A stretch of 64,000 nt of DNA from an uncultured Lachnospiraceae bacterium (GCA_900316855.1 ONEK01000002.1:45788-109787); one strand, 5' to 3'; shown: positions 47,641-56,807, numbered from the stretch's first letter. The notes: generated by a model from the sequence alone, not told the origin. Made by a program: numbers and translations.

Positions 47641-48588
47641 TTACAGGATTCCGGTGCCGTCAAAGGCAGGGATAAAGCTTTTCGAAACTGTGCCTCCCTC
47701 CTGGAGGAAACCGTTTTCAACACCAAGGGATAGGGCGAAGTCCACGACTTCGTCATATTCCTTTTTTGTTACTGTGCGCTGCAGCAGCGGGTCCTGATCT
47801 TTTGTCTGCGGCATCGGTGTGTACTGATTCATGATGCTGACAAAGATCCGGTCATGATAGGTTTCATACAGGTACCGCAGTATTTTTCTGGAATCCTCCG
47901 TGTGCCCGGGCATGACCATGTGCCGGACAATGACCCCGCGGACCATCAGCGGATCATCCCTGTCATTTTTCTCATCCAGGGAGTGCGACCCGTCGGCAAA
48001 GCAGGGTTCCGGACATTGCCGGACCATTTCGCGGATTGCAGATGAGGCATATTCAAAATAGTCTGCGGCACCGCAGTATCTGCGGGAAAGATCCGGGGAA
48101 AAAAACTTCAGATCCGGAAGATAAATGTCAATGAGCCCGTCCAGACAGCGGATTGCCTCGGCCTTCTCATACGAGGAAGTGTTGTAGACAACGGGAATTT
48201 GTAAGCCCCTGGCCTTTGCAGTTTCGAGGGCGGGAATCAGAAGGGGAAGAAAGTGGGAACCCGTCACAAGGTTGATGTTACCGGCACCCTCCTCCATCAG
48301 ACGCAGGAAAATATCCGCAAGCCGGTCCGGTGTGATCTCAACGCCGTGATTGCCGTCCTCGCCCAGTGATATATCATAATTCTGACAGAATACACAGCCG
48401 AGATTACAGCCTGTGAAAAACACCGCACCGGAGCCTTTTGTACCGCTGATGCAGGGTTCCTCATAATAGAGCTTTGCAGCCCTTGCGGCGTGCAGGGAAG
48501 CACCTTCCCGGCAGAACCCCGTTTTCCCGTGCGCGCGGTCTGCATGACATTCACGGGGGCACAGGGTGCAATCCGAAAGATCAAACAT
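47641..48588 (-). CDS. PflX-like radical SAM protein
   Basis: CTLCPRECH, FFTGCNLGCVFCQN (CxxxCxxC), NINLVT, YLPDLK, VRHMVMPG, MNQYTP; start set at ATG 48588 because the ORF-track extension runs into the SRP RNA. Confidence 0.88.
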   Translation of the reverse strand: MFDLSDCTLCPRECHADRAHGKTGFCREGASLHAARAAKLYYEEPCISGTKGSGAVFFTGCNLGCVFCQNYDISLGEDGNHGVEITPDRLADIFLRLMEEGAGNINLVTGSHFLPLLIPALETAKARGLQIPVVYNTSSYEKAEAIRCLDGLIDIYLPDLKFFSPDLSRRYCGAADYFEYASSAIREMVRQCPEPCFADGSHSLDEKNDRDDPLMVRGVIVRHMVMPGHTEDSRKILRYLYETYHDRIFVSIMNQYTPMPQTKDQDPLLQRTVTKKEYDEVVDFALSLGVENGFLQEGGTVSKSFIPAFDGTGIL

Positions 48589-48803
48589 AAAAAACCTCTT
48601 TACCAGGATGGGACCCGGGCGCACTGCCGGACTGCCCGCTTTGCCAGGCACCCCTGCGGCACATGAAAGGATCTGCTTAGTGCTGCTTCGTTCCCGATCT
48701 GACACGGTTCGCAGGATTCATTGCGCAGGACCCGAACATCAGCAAGGACGGACCCGGACGGCTGCCCGGGCCCCATTCTGCCAAAGAGGTCTAGACTGTA
48801 ACG
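48589..48803 (-). ncRNA. ffs: Signal recognition particle RNA (ffs/scr)
   Basis: Minus strand has GTTCGGGTCCTGCGCAATG...GAACCGTGTCAGATCGGGAACGAAGCAGCACTAAG...TCATGTGCCGCAGGGGTGCCTGG, matching the B. subtilis scRNA S-domain; long closing helix; own promoter; downstream of tadA. Confidence 0.93.
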
Positions 48804-48808
48804 GCATC

Positions 48809-48837
48809 AGTGTAACTGAAACGTCCGCTTTTTGCAA
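48809..48837 (-). promoter_or_regulatory. Sigma-A promoter of ffs
   Basis: TTGCAA (48837-48832), 17-bp spacer, TACACT (48814-48809). Confidence 0.75.
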
Positions 48838-48866
48838 GGTTGCGGGTCGGGGAGCGTCGGCATGGA

Positions 48867-49367
48867 TTAAGACGGATTCTGCCGGCGCAGTCTGCGGAAG
48901 AACTCTTTCAGCAGGGCACTGCATTCGTCCTGCAGTACGCCTGCCGTGATTTCCGACTGATGCATGAGCGCTTCATTGGAAACGATATTCAGAACGGTCC
49001 CTGCACAGCCGGACTTGTCGGAGGGTGCCCCGATCACGACGCGGTCGATGCGGGCCTGCTCGATGGCACCGGCGCACATGGGGCAGGGCTCGAGTGTGCA
49101 GTACAGTGTACAGCCTTCCAGTCTCCAGTCTCCCACTTTCCTGCTGGCGCGGCGGATAGCGGTCATCTCAGCATGGGACAGGGTGGAATGATCTGTGTTG
49201 CGCCGGTTGTATCCCCTGCCGATGACTGCCCCGTCAAAGACGATGACACAGCCGATCGGGACTTCTCCCAGGGCCATGGCCTTTCTTGCCTGTGTCAGTG
49301 CGGCTTTCATGTATTTTTCATCCTCAGACAGGTATTTTCTGCCGGCGGGCTGCATGGAATTTAGCAT
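48867..49367 (-). CDS. tadA: tRNA-specific adenosine-34 deaminase
   Basis: GEVPIGCV, HAE, TLEPCPMCAGA. Confidence 0.95.
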   Translation of the reverse strand: MLNSMQPAGRKYLSEDEKYMKAALTQARKAMALGEVPIGCVIVFDGAVIGRGYNRRNTDHSTLSHAEMTAIRRASRKVGDWRLEGCTLYCTLEPCPMCAGAIEQARIDRVVIGAPSDKSGCAGTVLNIVSNEALMHQSEITAGVLQDECSALLKEFFRRLRRQNPS

Positions 49368-49385
49368 TTTTTCAGAATTGAGTAC

Positions 49386-49446
49386 TTGCTTTGAAGCAGA
49401 TGCCGATTATAATGGTCTCATAAACCATAATATTCCAGTAGGAATA
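49386..49446 (+). promoter_or_regulatory. Promoter of the Rrf2-suf operon with a probable Rrf2 operator
   Basis: TTGCTT-16-TATAAT (49386-49413), then palindrome TATTCC-AGTA-GGAATA (49431-49446). Confidence 0.55.
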
Positions 49447-49582
49447 CAGTTATTCAAATCCTCGACGCTCCGGTTTTCCTTTTACGGAAAGGAACGAATG
49501 CCGTTCGCGGCGGGATTCCTGCACAGTATAGCGAAGGGAGGAACGGGATGCAACACCTCTCTGCGCGGGTTTGGAGGCAGTC

Positions 49583-50020
49583 ATGAAAATTTCAACCAAA
49601 GGTCGTTACGCGCTGCGCCTGATGCTGGATCTGGCACTGCATGATACCGGGGAGTTCATTTCCCTCAAAGATATTTCCCAAAGACAGGGAATTACTGTAA
49701 AATATCTGGAGCAGATTGTGACCGTTCTGTCCAAGGCCGGCTTTGTCCGTTCCCAGCGCGGCAACAACGGGGGTTATCGTCTTTCGCGTACGCCGGACCA
49801 GTACACAACGGGGGATATTCTGCGCGTGATGGAGGGCTCCCTGCAGCCGATCGCGTGCCTGGATGACGACGTCAATGTCTGCCCCATGAGCGGACAGTGC
49901 ACGGTTCTGCCATTCTGGAAGAATCTTTCGAAGGTAATCAATGATTACGTGGATTCCGTAACGCTGCAGGACCTCAAGGATCAGGCGCTTCAGATGTCTG
50001 CAAATGACTTCGTGATATAG
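49583..50020 (+). CDS. Rrf2-family regulator (IscR/CymR-like)
   Basis: MKISTKGRYALR, ISQRQGITVKYLEQI, SQRGNNGGY, three Cys (C92, C99, C105). Confidence 0.92.
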   Translation: MKISTKGRYALRLMLDLALHDTGEFISLKDISQRQGITVKYLEQIVTVLSKAGFVRSQRGNNGGYRLSRTPDQYTTGDILRVMEGSLQPIACLDDDVNVCPMSGQCTVLPFWKNLSKVINDYVDSVTLQDLKDQALQMSANDFVI

Positions 50021-50031
50021 AAAGGATCAAT

Positions 50032-50784
50032 ATGTCAACATTATTAGAGGTACAGAATCTCTCGGCTGCCATTGAGGAAGGTGAGCTGCTGCATCATATC
50101 AGCCTGAAGATCAATCCCGGGGAAACGCATGTCCTGATGGGTCCGAATGGTGCCGGAAAGTCCACGTTTGGTTATACGCTGATGGGCAGCCCGAATTATA
50201 AGGTCACAGGAGGAAGAATTCTGTTCGAGGGAGAGGATATCACCCATCTGCCTGCGGACCGGCGGGCATCCAGGGGAATGTTTCTGTCCTTCCAGAATCC
50301 GCTGGAGGTACCGGGACTTTCACTGGAGGAATTCCTGCGCAATGCCATCCGTCAGCAGACCGGAAAGCCGTTGAAAATTTTCCAGTTCAAGAAGCAGCTT
50401 GAGTCCACTATGCAGCTGCTGCAGATGGACGAGTCCTATGCGGATCGTGATCTGAATGTCGGCTTTTCCGGAGGTGAGAAGAAGAAGGCGGAAATCCTGC
50501 AGCTTCTGATGCTGAATCCGAAGCTGGCCATTCTCGATGAAACAGACTCCGGACTTGATGTCGATGCGGTCCGGACAGTATCCCGGGGCGTGGAGGAATA
50601 CCAGAAACAGCGAAACGGCGCTCTCCTTGTCATCACGCACTCCACACGGATTCTCGAGTCCCTGAAGGTGGATTATACGCATATCCTCGTAAAGGGCAGG
50701 CTGATCGTCACCGGCGGGCCGGAACTGGTGGAAGAGATCAACGAGCATGGATTTGAAAAATACATCGAAGCCGGGCAGCAGTAA
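50032..50784 (+). CDS. sufC: Fe-S cluster assembly ATPase SufC
   Basis: GPNGAGKST, FLSFQNP, GFSGGEKKK, ILDETDSGLD, ITH. Confidence 0.96.
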   Translation: MSTLLEVQNLSAAIEEGELLHHISLKINPGETHVLMGPNGAGKSTFGYTLMGSPNYKVTGGRILFEGEDITHLPADRRASRGMFLSFQNPLEVPGLSLEEFLRNAIRQQTGKPLKIFQFKKQLESTMQLLQMDESYADRDLNVGFSGGEKKKAEILQLLMLNPKLAILDETDSGLDVDAVRTVSRGVEEYQKQRNGALLVITHSTRILESLKVDYTHILVKGRLIVTGGPELVEEINEHGFEKYIEAGQQ

Positions 50785-50813
50785 ATTCTGCCGCGGATGT
50801 AAAAGAGGTTATT

Positions 50814-52214
50814 ATGGCAAAACAGAAAATACAGGATGTCGACAGAAGCCTGTATGATTTCAGGGACGATGAATCCCGGGGCTTTTACCGGATGGAGGAG
50901 GGCCTGACGGAGGAAATCGTCCTGCAGATTTCCAGGGAGAAGAAGGATCCGGACTGGATGCGGGATTTCCGTCTGAAGTGCCTGGATCTGTATAACCGCA
51001 TGGAGGTCCCTGACTGGGGGCCTTCTATTGACGGTCTTGATATGGACCGCATCACGAATTACGTCCGGTCACGTTCCGAAATGAAGGGCGACTGGAACGA
51101 AGTCCCGGATGAGATCAAGAATACCTTTGAGAAGCTGGGCATTCCGCAGGCGGAGAGGGAATCCCTCGCGGGCGTGGGGGCCCAGTATGATTCCGAGCTG
51201 GTCTATCACAATCTTCAGAAGGAGGTGGCGGACCAGGGCGTTATCTACATCGGGTTTGAGGAAGCGGTCACAGGCAGATATTCCGATATGGTGAAGGAAT
51301 ATTTCATGAAGCTTGTTCCTCCGACCGATCATAAATTTGCTGCGCTGCACGGTGCGGTCTGGAGCGGAGGCTCCTTTGTCTATGTCCCGAAGGGAGTACA
51401 TGTGGCAATTCCGCTTCAGTCCTATTTTCGTCTGAATGCCCGCGGCGCAGGCCAGTTTGAGCACACACTGATTATTGTGGACGAAGGCGCGGATGTACAT
51501 TTTATCGAGGGCTGCTCTGCACCCAAATACAATGTCGCGAATCTGCATGCCGGCTGTGTTGAGCTGTATGTGAAGAGAAATGCCCGACTCCGCTATTCCA
51601 CGATCGAGAACTGGTCCAAAAACATGTACAACCTCAACACCAAGCGCGCCCTGGTGGAAGAAGGCGGTACCATGGAATGGGTTTCCGGAAGCTTCGGCTC
51701 CCATGTGTCTTACCTGTACCCTACAACCATTCTGAAGGGCGATCATTCCCACTGCGAATTTACGGGAATTACGTTTGCGGGGAAAGGACAGAACCTGGAC
51801 ACCGGCGCCAAGATGATTCATATCGGCAGGGACACCTCTTCCTATATCAATACGAAGAGTATCAGCAAGGATGGAGGCATTTCCACGTACCGTTCCAGTG
51901 TGGAAATCCGTTCTACCGCCAGGCGCGCAAAGGCGTCGGTCGACTGTGCTTCGCTCATGCTGGATGACATTTCCCGATCGGACACCATTCCCGCCATGGA
52001 TGTGAGGACACCGGATGCGGATGTCGGACATGAAGCGAAGATCGGACGCATATCCGATGAAGCTGTCTTCTATCTGATGAGCCGGGGTATCACGGAGGCG
52101 GATGCACGTGCGATGATCGTTTCCGGGTTTGCGGATCCGGTTTCCAAGGAACTGCCTCTGGAATATGCCGCCGAGATGAATAACCTCATCAAACTGGAAA
52201 TGGAGGGAATGTGA
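50814..52214 (+). CDS. sufB: Fe-S cluster assembly protein SufB
   Basis: AQYDSE, AVWSGGSF, GQFEHTLI, EGCSAP, HEAKIG, FYLMSRG. Confidence 0.96.
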   Translation: MAKQKIQDVDRSLYDFRDDESRGFYRMEEGLTEEIVLQISREKKDPDWMRDFRLKCLDLYNRMEVPDWGPSIDGLDMDRITNYVRSRSEMKGDWNEVPDEIKNTFEKLGIPQAERESLAGVGAQYDSELVYHNLQKEVADQGVIYIGFEEAVTGRYSDMVKEYFMKLVPPTDHKFAALHGAVWSGGSFVYVPKGVHVAIPLQSYFRLNARGAGQFEHTLIIVDEGADVHFIEGCSAPKYNVANLHAGCVELYVKRNARLRYSTIENWSKNMYNLNTKRALVEEGGTMEWVSGSFGSHVSYLYPTTILKGDHSHCEFTGITFAGKGQNLDTGAKMIHIGRDTSSYINTKSISKDGGISTYRSSVEIRSTARRAKASVDCASLMLDDISRSDTIPAMDVRTPDADVGHEAKIGRISDEAVFYLMSRGITEADARAMIVSGFADPVSKELPLEYAAEMNNLIKLEMEGM

Positions 52215-53356
52215 TGGGTGCAATGAAAATCGGTCAGATTCCTTCCCTGACGTGGAACAAACTGGATATTAATTTTGCTTCCGTGGACAATCCGGAGAAG
52301 ATCAACACGCAGATGGAAACCCGGATCGAATCCCTTCCGGAGGGTGTGACTTTTCAAAACCTATCGGTGGGCGAAGCAGACCGCTGGATCCAGGAGCATG
52401 CGCCTGCACAGCCGGCAGAGAATGTGATTGCCGGCAAGCGCCCCATTTATCATCCGCAGAAGTTTGCAACCGGCCTCGGTGCGGAATTCGAGGATTACCT
52501 CAAGCTCGCAAAGGGCGGCACCACATTGATCGAGACCGCGGAAAATGTTAAGACAGATGCGCCGGTTACGATTGATTTCGACTACCAGTCGGGAAACCGT
52601 GTATTTACACGGCAGATCATTCATGTATCCCGTAACAGCTCGCTGACTCTGATTCTGGTTTTCCGCTCCGCGAAAGATGCGGCAGGCATGGCGGGAATTC
52701 AGACCAGGGTGGTGCTGGACGAGGGAGCGGATCTTGCGCTTGCGGGAGTGCAGCTTCTGGGAAATGGCTTTGTACATTATGATGATCTCGGCGCGGCGCT
52801 GAAGGCAGATGCCGGAATGAAGCTCATTCAGCTGGAGCTGGGTGCGGGGAAAACGTATACGGGAGTTCACGGCGAGCTGTCGGGGGACCGGTCCGTCTGG
52901 GACAGCAGGACCGGCTATCTGGGGCAGGATGCACAGGTCGTTGATCTGTCAGCGAACCTGGTACAGCGCGGCCGCAAAACCCGCTGTGAGATGAAGTTTA
53001 ACGGTGTGCTCGACGGCGCTGCCACAAAGAGGCTTTCCGATACCATCGACTTCCGCAGGGGTTCGAGGGGCTCCTATGGACATGAATCCGAGGACGTGCT
53101 TCTTCTCGGGGACGATGCGGTCAATAAGTCTCTTCCGGTTATTCTGTGTGAGGAAGAGGATATGGAGGGATCTCACGGGGCATCCATCGGCAGACTTGAT
53201 GATGATATGCTGTTTTATATGGCGTCCCGCGGAATCGATGAGAAACAGGCGCAGCAGATCATGGTACGTGCAAGACTGTCCGCTGTTGCGAAGGATCTTC
53301 CGGATGAAAATCTGAAAAATGAAATTCATGATTTTATCGAGGAGGCTTTCAGGTAA
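52214..53356 (+). CDS. sufD: Fe-S cluster assembly protein SufD
   Basis: SufBD beta-helix; SLPVILCEEEDMEGSHGASIG, FYMASRG; lies between sufB and sufS. Confidence 0.9.
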   Translation: MGAMKIGQIPSLTWNKLDINFASVDNPEKINTQMETRIESLPEGVTFQNLSVGEADRWIQEHAPAQPAENVIAGKRPIYHPQKFATGLGAEFEDYLKLAKGGTTLIETAENVKTDAPVTIDFDYQSGNRVFTRQIIHVSRNSSLTLILVFRSAKDAAGMAGIQTRVVLDEGADLALAGVQLLGNGFVHYDDLGAALKADAGMKLIQLELGAGKTYTGVHGELSGDRSVWDSRTGYLGQDAQVVDLSANLVQRGRKTRCEMKFNGVLDGAATKRLSDTIDFRRGSRGSYGHESEDVLLLGDDAVNKSLPVILCEEEDMEGSHGASIGRLDDDMLFYMASRGIDEKQAQQIMVRARLSAVAKDLPDENLKNEIHDFIEEAFR

Positions 53357-54594
53357 TGACGAACGAATTTCGTAAGGACTTCCCGATATTTTCCGGAGAC
53401 GGGAATCGGGTAATCTACTTTGATAATGCAGCCACAACACAGCGCCCGCGCCAGGTGATGGAGGCCATGCGTGATTTCAATGACACCTGTAATGCCAATC
53501 CGCTTCGCGGGCTGTACGGATGGTCCATACAGGCAACCGATGCATATGAGCAGGCGAGACATAAGGCAGCACAGCTGGTTCATGCGGGCTCCGACAGCGA
53601 GATTATTTTCACCAGGAACACGACAGAGTCCCTGAATCTTGCCGCGTACAGCTATGGGCTGACGCATGTGAAGGAGGGCGATGAAATCGTCCTGTCGGTC
53701 ACGGAGCATCATTCCAATATTCTGCCATGGCAGATGGTGGCGAAACAGACCGGCGCAAAGCTGGTTTACCTGGAGCCGCAGCCGGACGGAACTCTGACAG
53801 AGGAGGAGATCCGCTCGAAGATCACGGATCGTGCCGCTATCGTCACGATCGGCCATGTATCAAATGTACTTGGTACGACAAATCCCGTGAAAAGGATTGC
53901 GGAAACCGCGCATGCACACGGCGCAGTCTGCATTGTGGACGGTGCCCAGTCAACCCCTCATATTCCGGTAAATGTGCAGGAGATCGGATGCGATTTCTTC
54001 GCTTTTTCAGGACATAAATTGTGCGGGCCGATGGGTATCGGTGTCCTGTATGGACGCGCAGAGCTGCTGGACGCGATGCCTCCGTTCCTGACCGGCGGAG
54101 AGATGATCGAATATGTCGACAGGGACAGCGCTACCTATGCGGAGGTGCCGGCCAAATTCGAGGCCGGGACCGTGAACGCCATGGGGGCAGTCGGACTGGG
54201 GGCCGCTATCGACTATATTAATCAGGTAGGCTTTGAGCGGATTGTCGGGCATGAGAAACAACTTACATCCCGCCTGCTGTCGGGTCTGGAGCGCATTCCG
54301 GAGGTGACGGTATACGGATCGAAGGACCCCGCAGACCACTGCGGCATCGTATCCTTCAATGTGAAGGACTGCCACCCGCATGATGTGGCCTCAGTCCTGG
54401 ATACTGAGAAGATCTGCATCCGTGCAGGACACCACTGTGCGCAGCCGTTGATGGACTACCTGATGCAGAAGTGTGATATGCCCATTCGCGCGACCTGCCG
54501 TGCAAGCCTCTATTTTTATAACACGGAAGAGGAAGTGGACAGGTTTGTGGAAGCTGTTTCCCACGTGAGGGAATGGCTGGGTTATAATAAGTAA
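53356..54594 (+). CDS. sufS: Cysteine desulfurase SufS
   Basis: YFDNAATTQ, EHHSN, DGAQS, FSGHK (PLP Lys), RAGHHCAQP. Confidence 0.96.
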   Translation: MTNEFRKDFPIFSGDGNRVIYFDNAATTQRPRQVMEAMRDFNDTCNANPLRGLYGWSIQATDAYEQARHKAAQLVHAGSDSEIIFTRNTTESLNLAAYSYGLTHVKEGDEIVLSVTEHHSNILPWQMVAKQTGAKLVYLEPQPDGTLTEEEIRSKITDRAAIVTIGHVSNVLGTTNPVKRIAETAHAHGAVCIVDGAQSTPHIPVNVQEIGCDFFAFSGHKLCGPMGIGVLYGRAELLDAMPPFLTGGEMIEYVDRDSATYAEVPAKFEAGTVNAMGAVGLGAAIDYINQVGFERIVGHEKQLTSRLLSGLERIPEVTVYGSKDPADHCGIVSFNVKDCHPHDVASVLDTEKICIRAGHHCAQPLMDYLMQKCDMPIRATCRASLYFYNTEEEVDRFVEAVSHVREWLGYNK

Positions 54595-54608
54595 AGCTTT
54601 GTGAATGG

Positions 54609-54645
54609 ACTCCCCGCCAGGTGCCATAGCAGGCGGGGAGTTTCT
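54609..54645 (+). terminator. Stem-loop between sufS and sufU
   Basis: ACTCCCCGCC / GGCGGGGAGT 10-bp stem, short U-tract. Confidence 0.5.
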
Positions 54646-54689
54646 GTGCCTGCGGGCACCATTCCGGATCTTGTTTTCAGGAGGCTCAG

Positions 54690-55190
54690 ATGGATATCAA
54701 ATCGTTGTATCGCGAAATCGTGAATGAACATAACCTGCATCCTTCCCACAAGAAGGATCTGCAGAACCCCACCATGGTCCTCAGAGGAATCAATCCCAGC
54801 TGCGGCGACGACATCAGCCTGCAGCTGGTGATGAAGGACGGGGTGATTGAGGACGCGGCCTTCAATGGCTCCGGCTGCGCCGTATCCCAGGCATCCGCGG
54901 ACATGATGTGTGATCTGTGCATCGGCAGAAAGGCATCCGAGGCGGAACATCTTTCCGAACTGTTCATGCGGATGATCCGGCAGAATGATCTTACACAGCA
55001 GGAAAAGGAAGAGCTGGACGAGGCGGCTTCCCTCGAGGATGTAGCCCATATGCCGGCCCGTGTCAAGTGCGCAACACTCGGCTGGCGCACCATGAAGCAG
55101 ATCATTGACGACCTTAACAGGAACGGGCTGCCGGACGGAACAGCTGCTGCTTCCGGAGCCGATGCCTGCGGGGCGTGTCAGGTGAAGTGA
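54690..55190 (+). CDS. sufU: SufU/NifU-type scaffold or sulfurtransferase
   Basis: GINPSCGD, GCAVSQASA, RVKCATLGW. Confidence 0.93.
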   Translation: MDIKSLYREIVNEHNLHPSHKKDLQNPTMVLRGINPSCGDDISLQLVMKDGVIEDAAFNGSGCAVSQASADMMCDLCIGRKASEAEHLSELFMRMIRQNDLTQQEKEELDEAASLEDVAHMPARVKCATLGWRTMKQIIDDLNRNGLPDGTAAASGADACGACQVK

Positions 55191-55194
55191 ACCT

Positions 55195-55785
55195 ATGGCA
55201 GACAGCAACGCGACGAAAAATGCCCTTGCGGCATCCATGAAGAAGCTGATGATCCGGAGGCCGTTTGAGAAGATCAGTGTCTCCGATATCTGCAATGACT
55301 GCGGTATCAACCGCAAGAGCTTCTATTATCATTTCCGGGACAAGTATGACCTTGTGAACTGGATCTTCTATACGGGCTTTGTCGGGGAAGTGGATCTTTT
55401 TTCCTATAAGACAGGCTGGGATCTGGTCGAGGATATCTGCACTTATTTTTACAGGGAAAAGGAATTCTACCGGGCAGCGCTTCGGATCGAGGGGCAGAAT
55501 TCCTTCAGGGATTATCTTATTGAGGTGGCAACGCCGGTTGTGGAATTTTTCCTGAAGGATGTGATTCCGGAGAATGAAAGCGACTCGGTGTTTGCAACCT
55601 TTATCACAGACGGGTTTCTGACCGCTCTGATCCGCTGGCTGTCCGGAGGGTATCATCAGGAGATGGATGCCTCACAGTTTGTCGCTAAAATGAAGCAGAT
55701 CATCGTGACACTGGGTGACAACCTGCATCAGGAGGCATGGCGGAACACACAGAGTGAGAAGAGACGTCCGGAGGGATCAATTTGA
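55195..55785 (+). CDS. TetR-family regulator (DhaS-like, TetR_C_8 type)
   Basis: PFEKISVSDICNDCGINRKSFYYHFRDKYDLVNWIF. Confidence 0.92.
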   Translation: MADSNATKNALAASMKKLMIRRPFEKISVSDICNDCGINRKSFYYHFRDKYDLVNWIFYTGFVGEVDLFSYKTGWDLVEDICTYFYREKEFYRAALRIEGQNSFRDYLIEVATPVVEFFLKDVIPENESDSVFATFITDGFLTALIRWLSGGYHQEMDASQFVAKMKQIIVTLGDNLHQEAWRNTQSEKRRPEGSI

Positions 55786-56807
55786 ATACATATCTGATGA
55801 AAAAGGCCATGATCGAGACTGCGGTCACACGGGGAATCCATGAGATGGAGGAGGATCCCGAGCGGTCTGTGCGCAGGCTGATTGATCTGGGAAGGCAGTT
55901 CTCCAAGAACCGCTTTCAGGACCAGATTTTCTCTGTCATGCAGAAGAGCCTCACCAATGAGAACAGTGCATATTACGACATGGTCCATAACCTGATGAAG
56001 AATTCAGACCATGCGGCGATGAAGGAGTTTGGCGTCAATTTCGGATATATGGGCTGGACGTATGGAGCCGCACGGATCCGTGAAACCGAGAAGAAGGAGG
56101 GCGTCTGCATCCCCTGGTGCATCATGCTGCGCTATGACCCTGCGGGGAGGAACGGATATTCCATGGAACAGCTGGCTCATTTATTTGAACAGGGTCAGGA
56201 CCTGGGAATTTATGTCTATTTCATTCGTGAACGGGGAACAGGGGACTCCTATGAACTGCTGGAGCTGCTGGAACGCTACAAGGACTGCGCCTTTGTCTGG
56301 GTCAAGGAAGACGGACGTCTTACAGCGGCGCAGATTCAGGTGCTTCGGGCGTGCCGCAACACCCTTGTAATGCTGCCGGCAGACACGGAGAATACGGAAC
56401 CGCTGCTGACGGCGGCGCTCCTGAGGGAGCAGAAAATCCTGTTTGCGATGTATGCGTCCTATGATCTCGATCCGGATGAGGAAAGACGGCGTAAAATCGT
56501 GGAAAATGTGCTGACCTCGGAGTCATCGCTGTTCTTCCTGGTTGCACAGGATGGGGCGAAGGCCAATCTGCGGCAGCTTGCTTATGATTCGAGGCTCCGG
56601 CAGAATTATCCGTTTGTGGAAGTGGACTATTACGGGGATGCAGAGGCTATCGGCAAAATTGTGGCGGAGCATCAGAGCCTCCTCGAAATTGACAGTGACG
56701 GAACGATTCTTCGTCCTGCGTGCGGTGGTACGGGATTTGATTTCGGAATACCCCTGATGGAGGAACTCCGGAACATAATGCCGGCATGGAAGGCTGCAGG
56801 CAGGTAA
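55782..56807 (+). CDS. Degenerate radical-SAM/SPASM homologue lacking the CxxxCxxC motif
   Basis: TTG start overlapping the TetR stop (TTGA); co-linear resemblance, from recall, to clostridial radical SAM proteins (DPE..., IPW.I.., QG.DLG.Y.Y, DCAF). Confidence 0.65.
   Translation: MNTYLMKKAMIETAVTRGIHEMEEDPERSVRRLIDLGRQFSKNRFQDQIFSVMQKSLTNENSAYYDMVHNLMKNSDHAAMKEFGVNFGYMGWTYGAARIRETEKKEGVCIPWCIMLRYDPAGRNGYSMEQLAHLFEQGQDLGIYVYFIRERGTGDSYELLELLERYKDCAFVWVKEDGRLTAAQIQVLRACRNTLVMLPADTENTEPLLTAALLREQKILFAMYASYDLDPDEERRRKIVENVLTSESSLFFLVAQDGAKANLRQLAYDSRLRQNYPFVEVDYYGDAEAIGKIVAEHQSLLEIDSDGTILRPACGGTGFDFGIPLMEELRNIMPAWKAAGR

Noticed and set aside
48589-48705. N-terminal extension of the PflX-like ORF given in the ORF track
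   Set aside because: It overlaps the SRP RNA; the SD and family-like start MFDLSDCTLCPR are at 48588.
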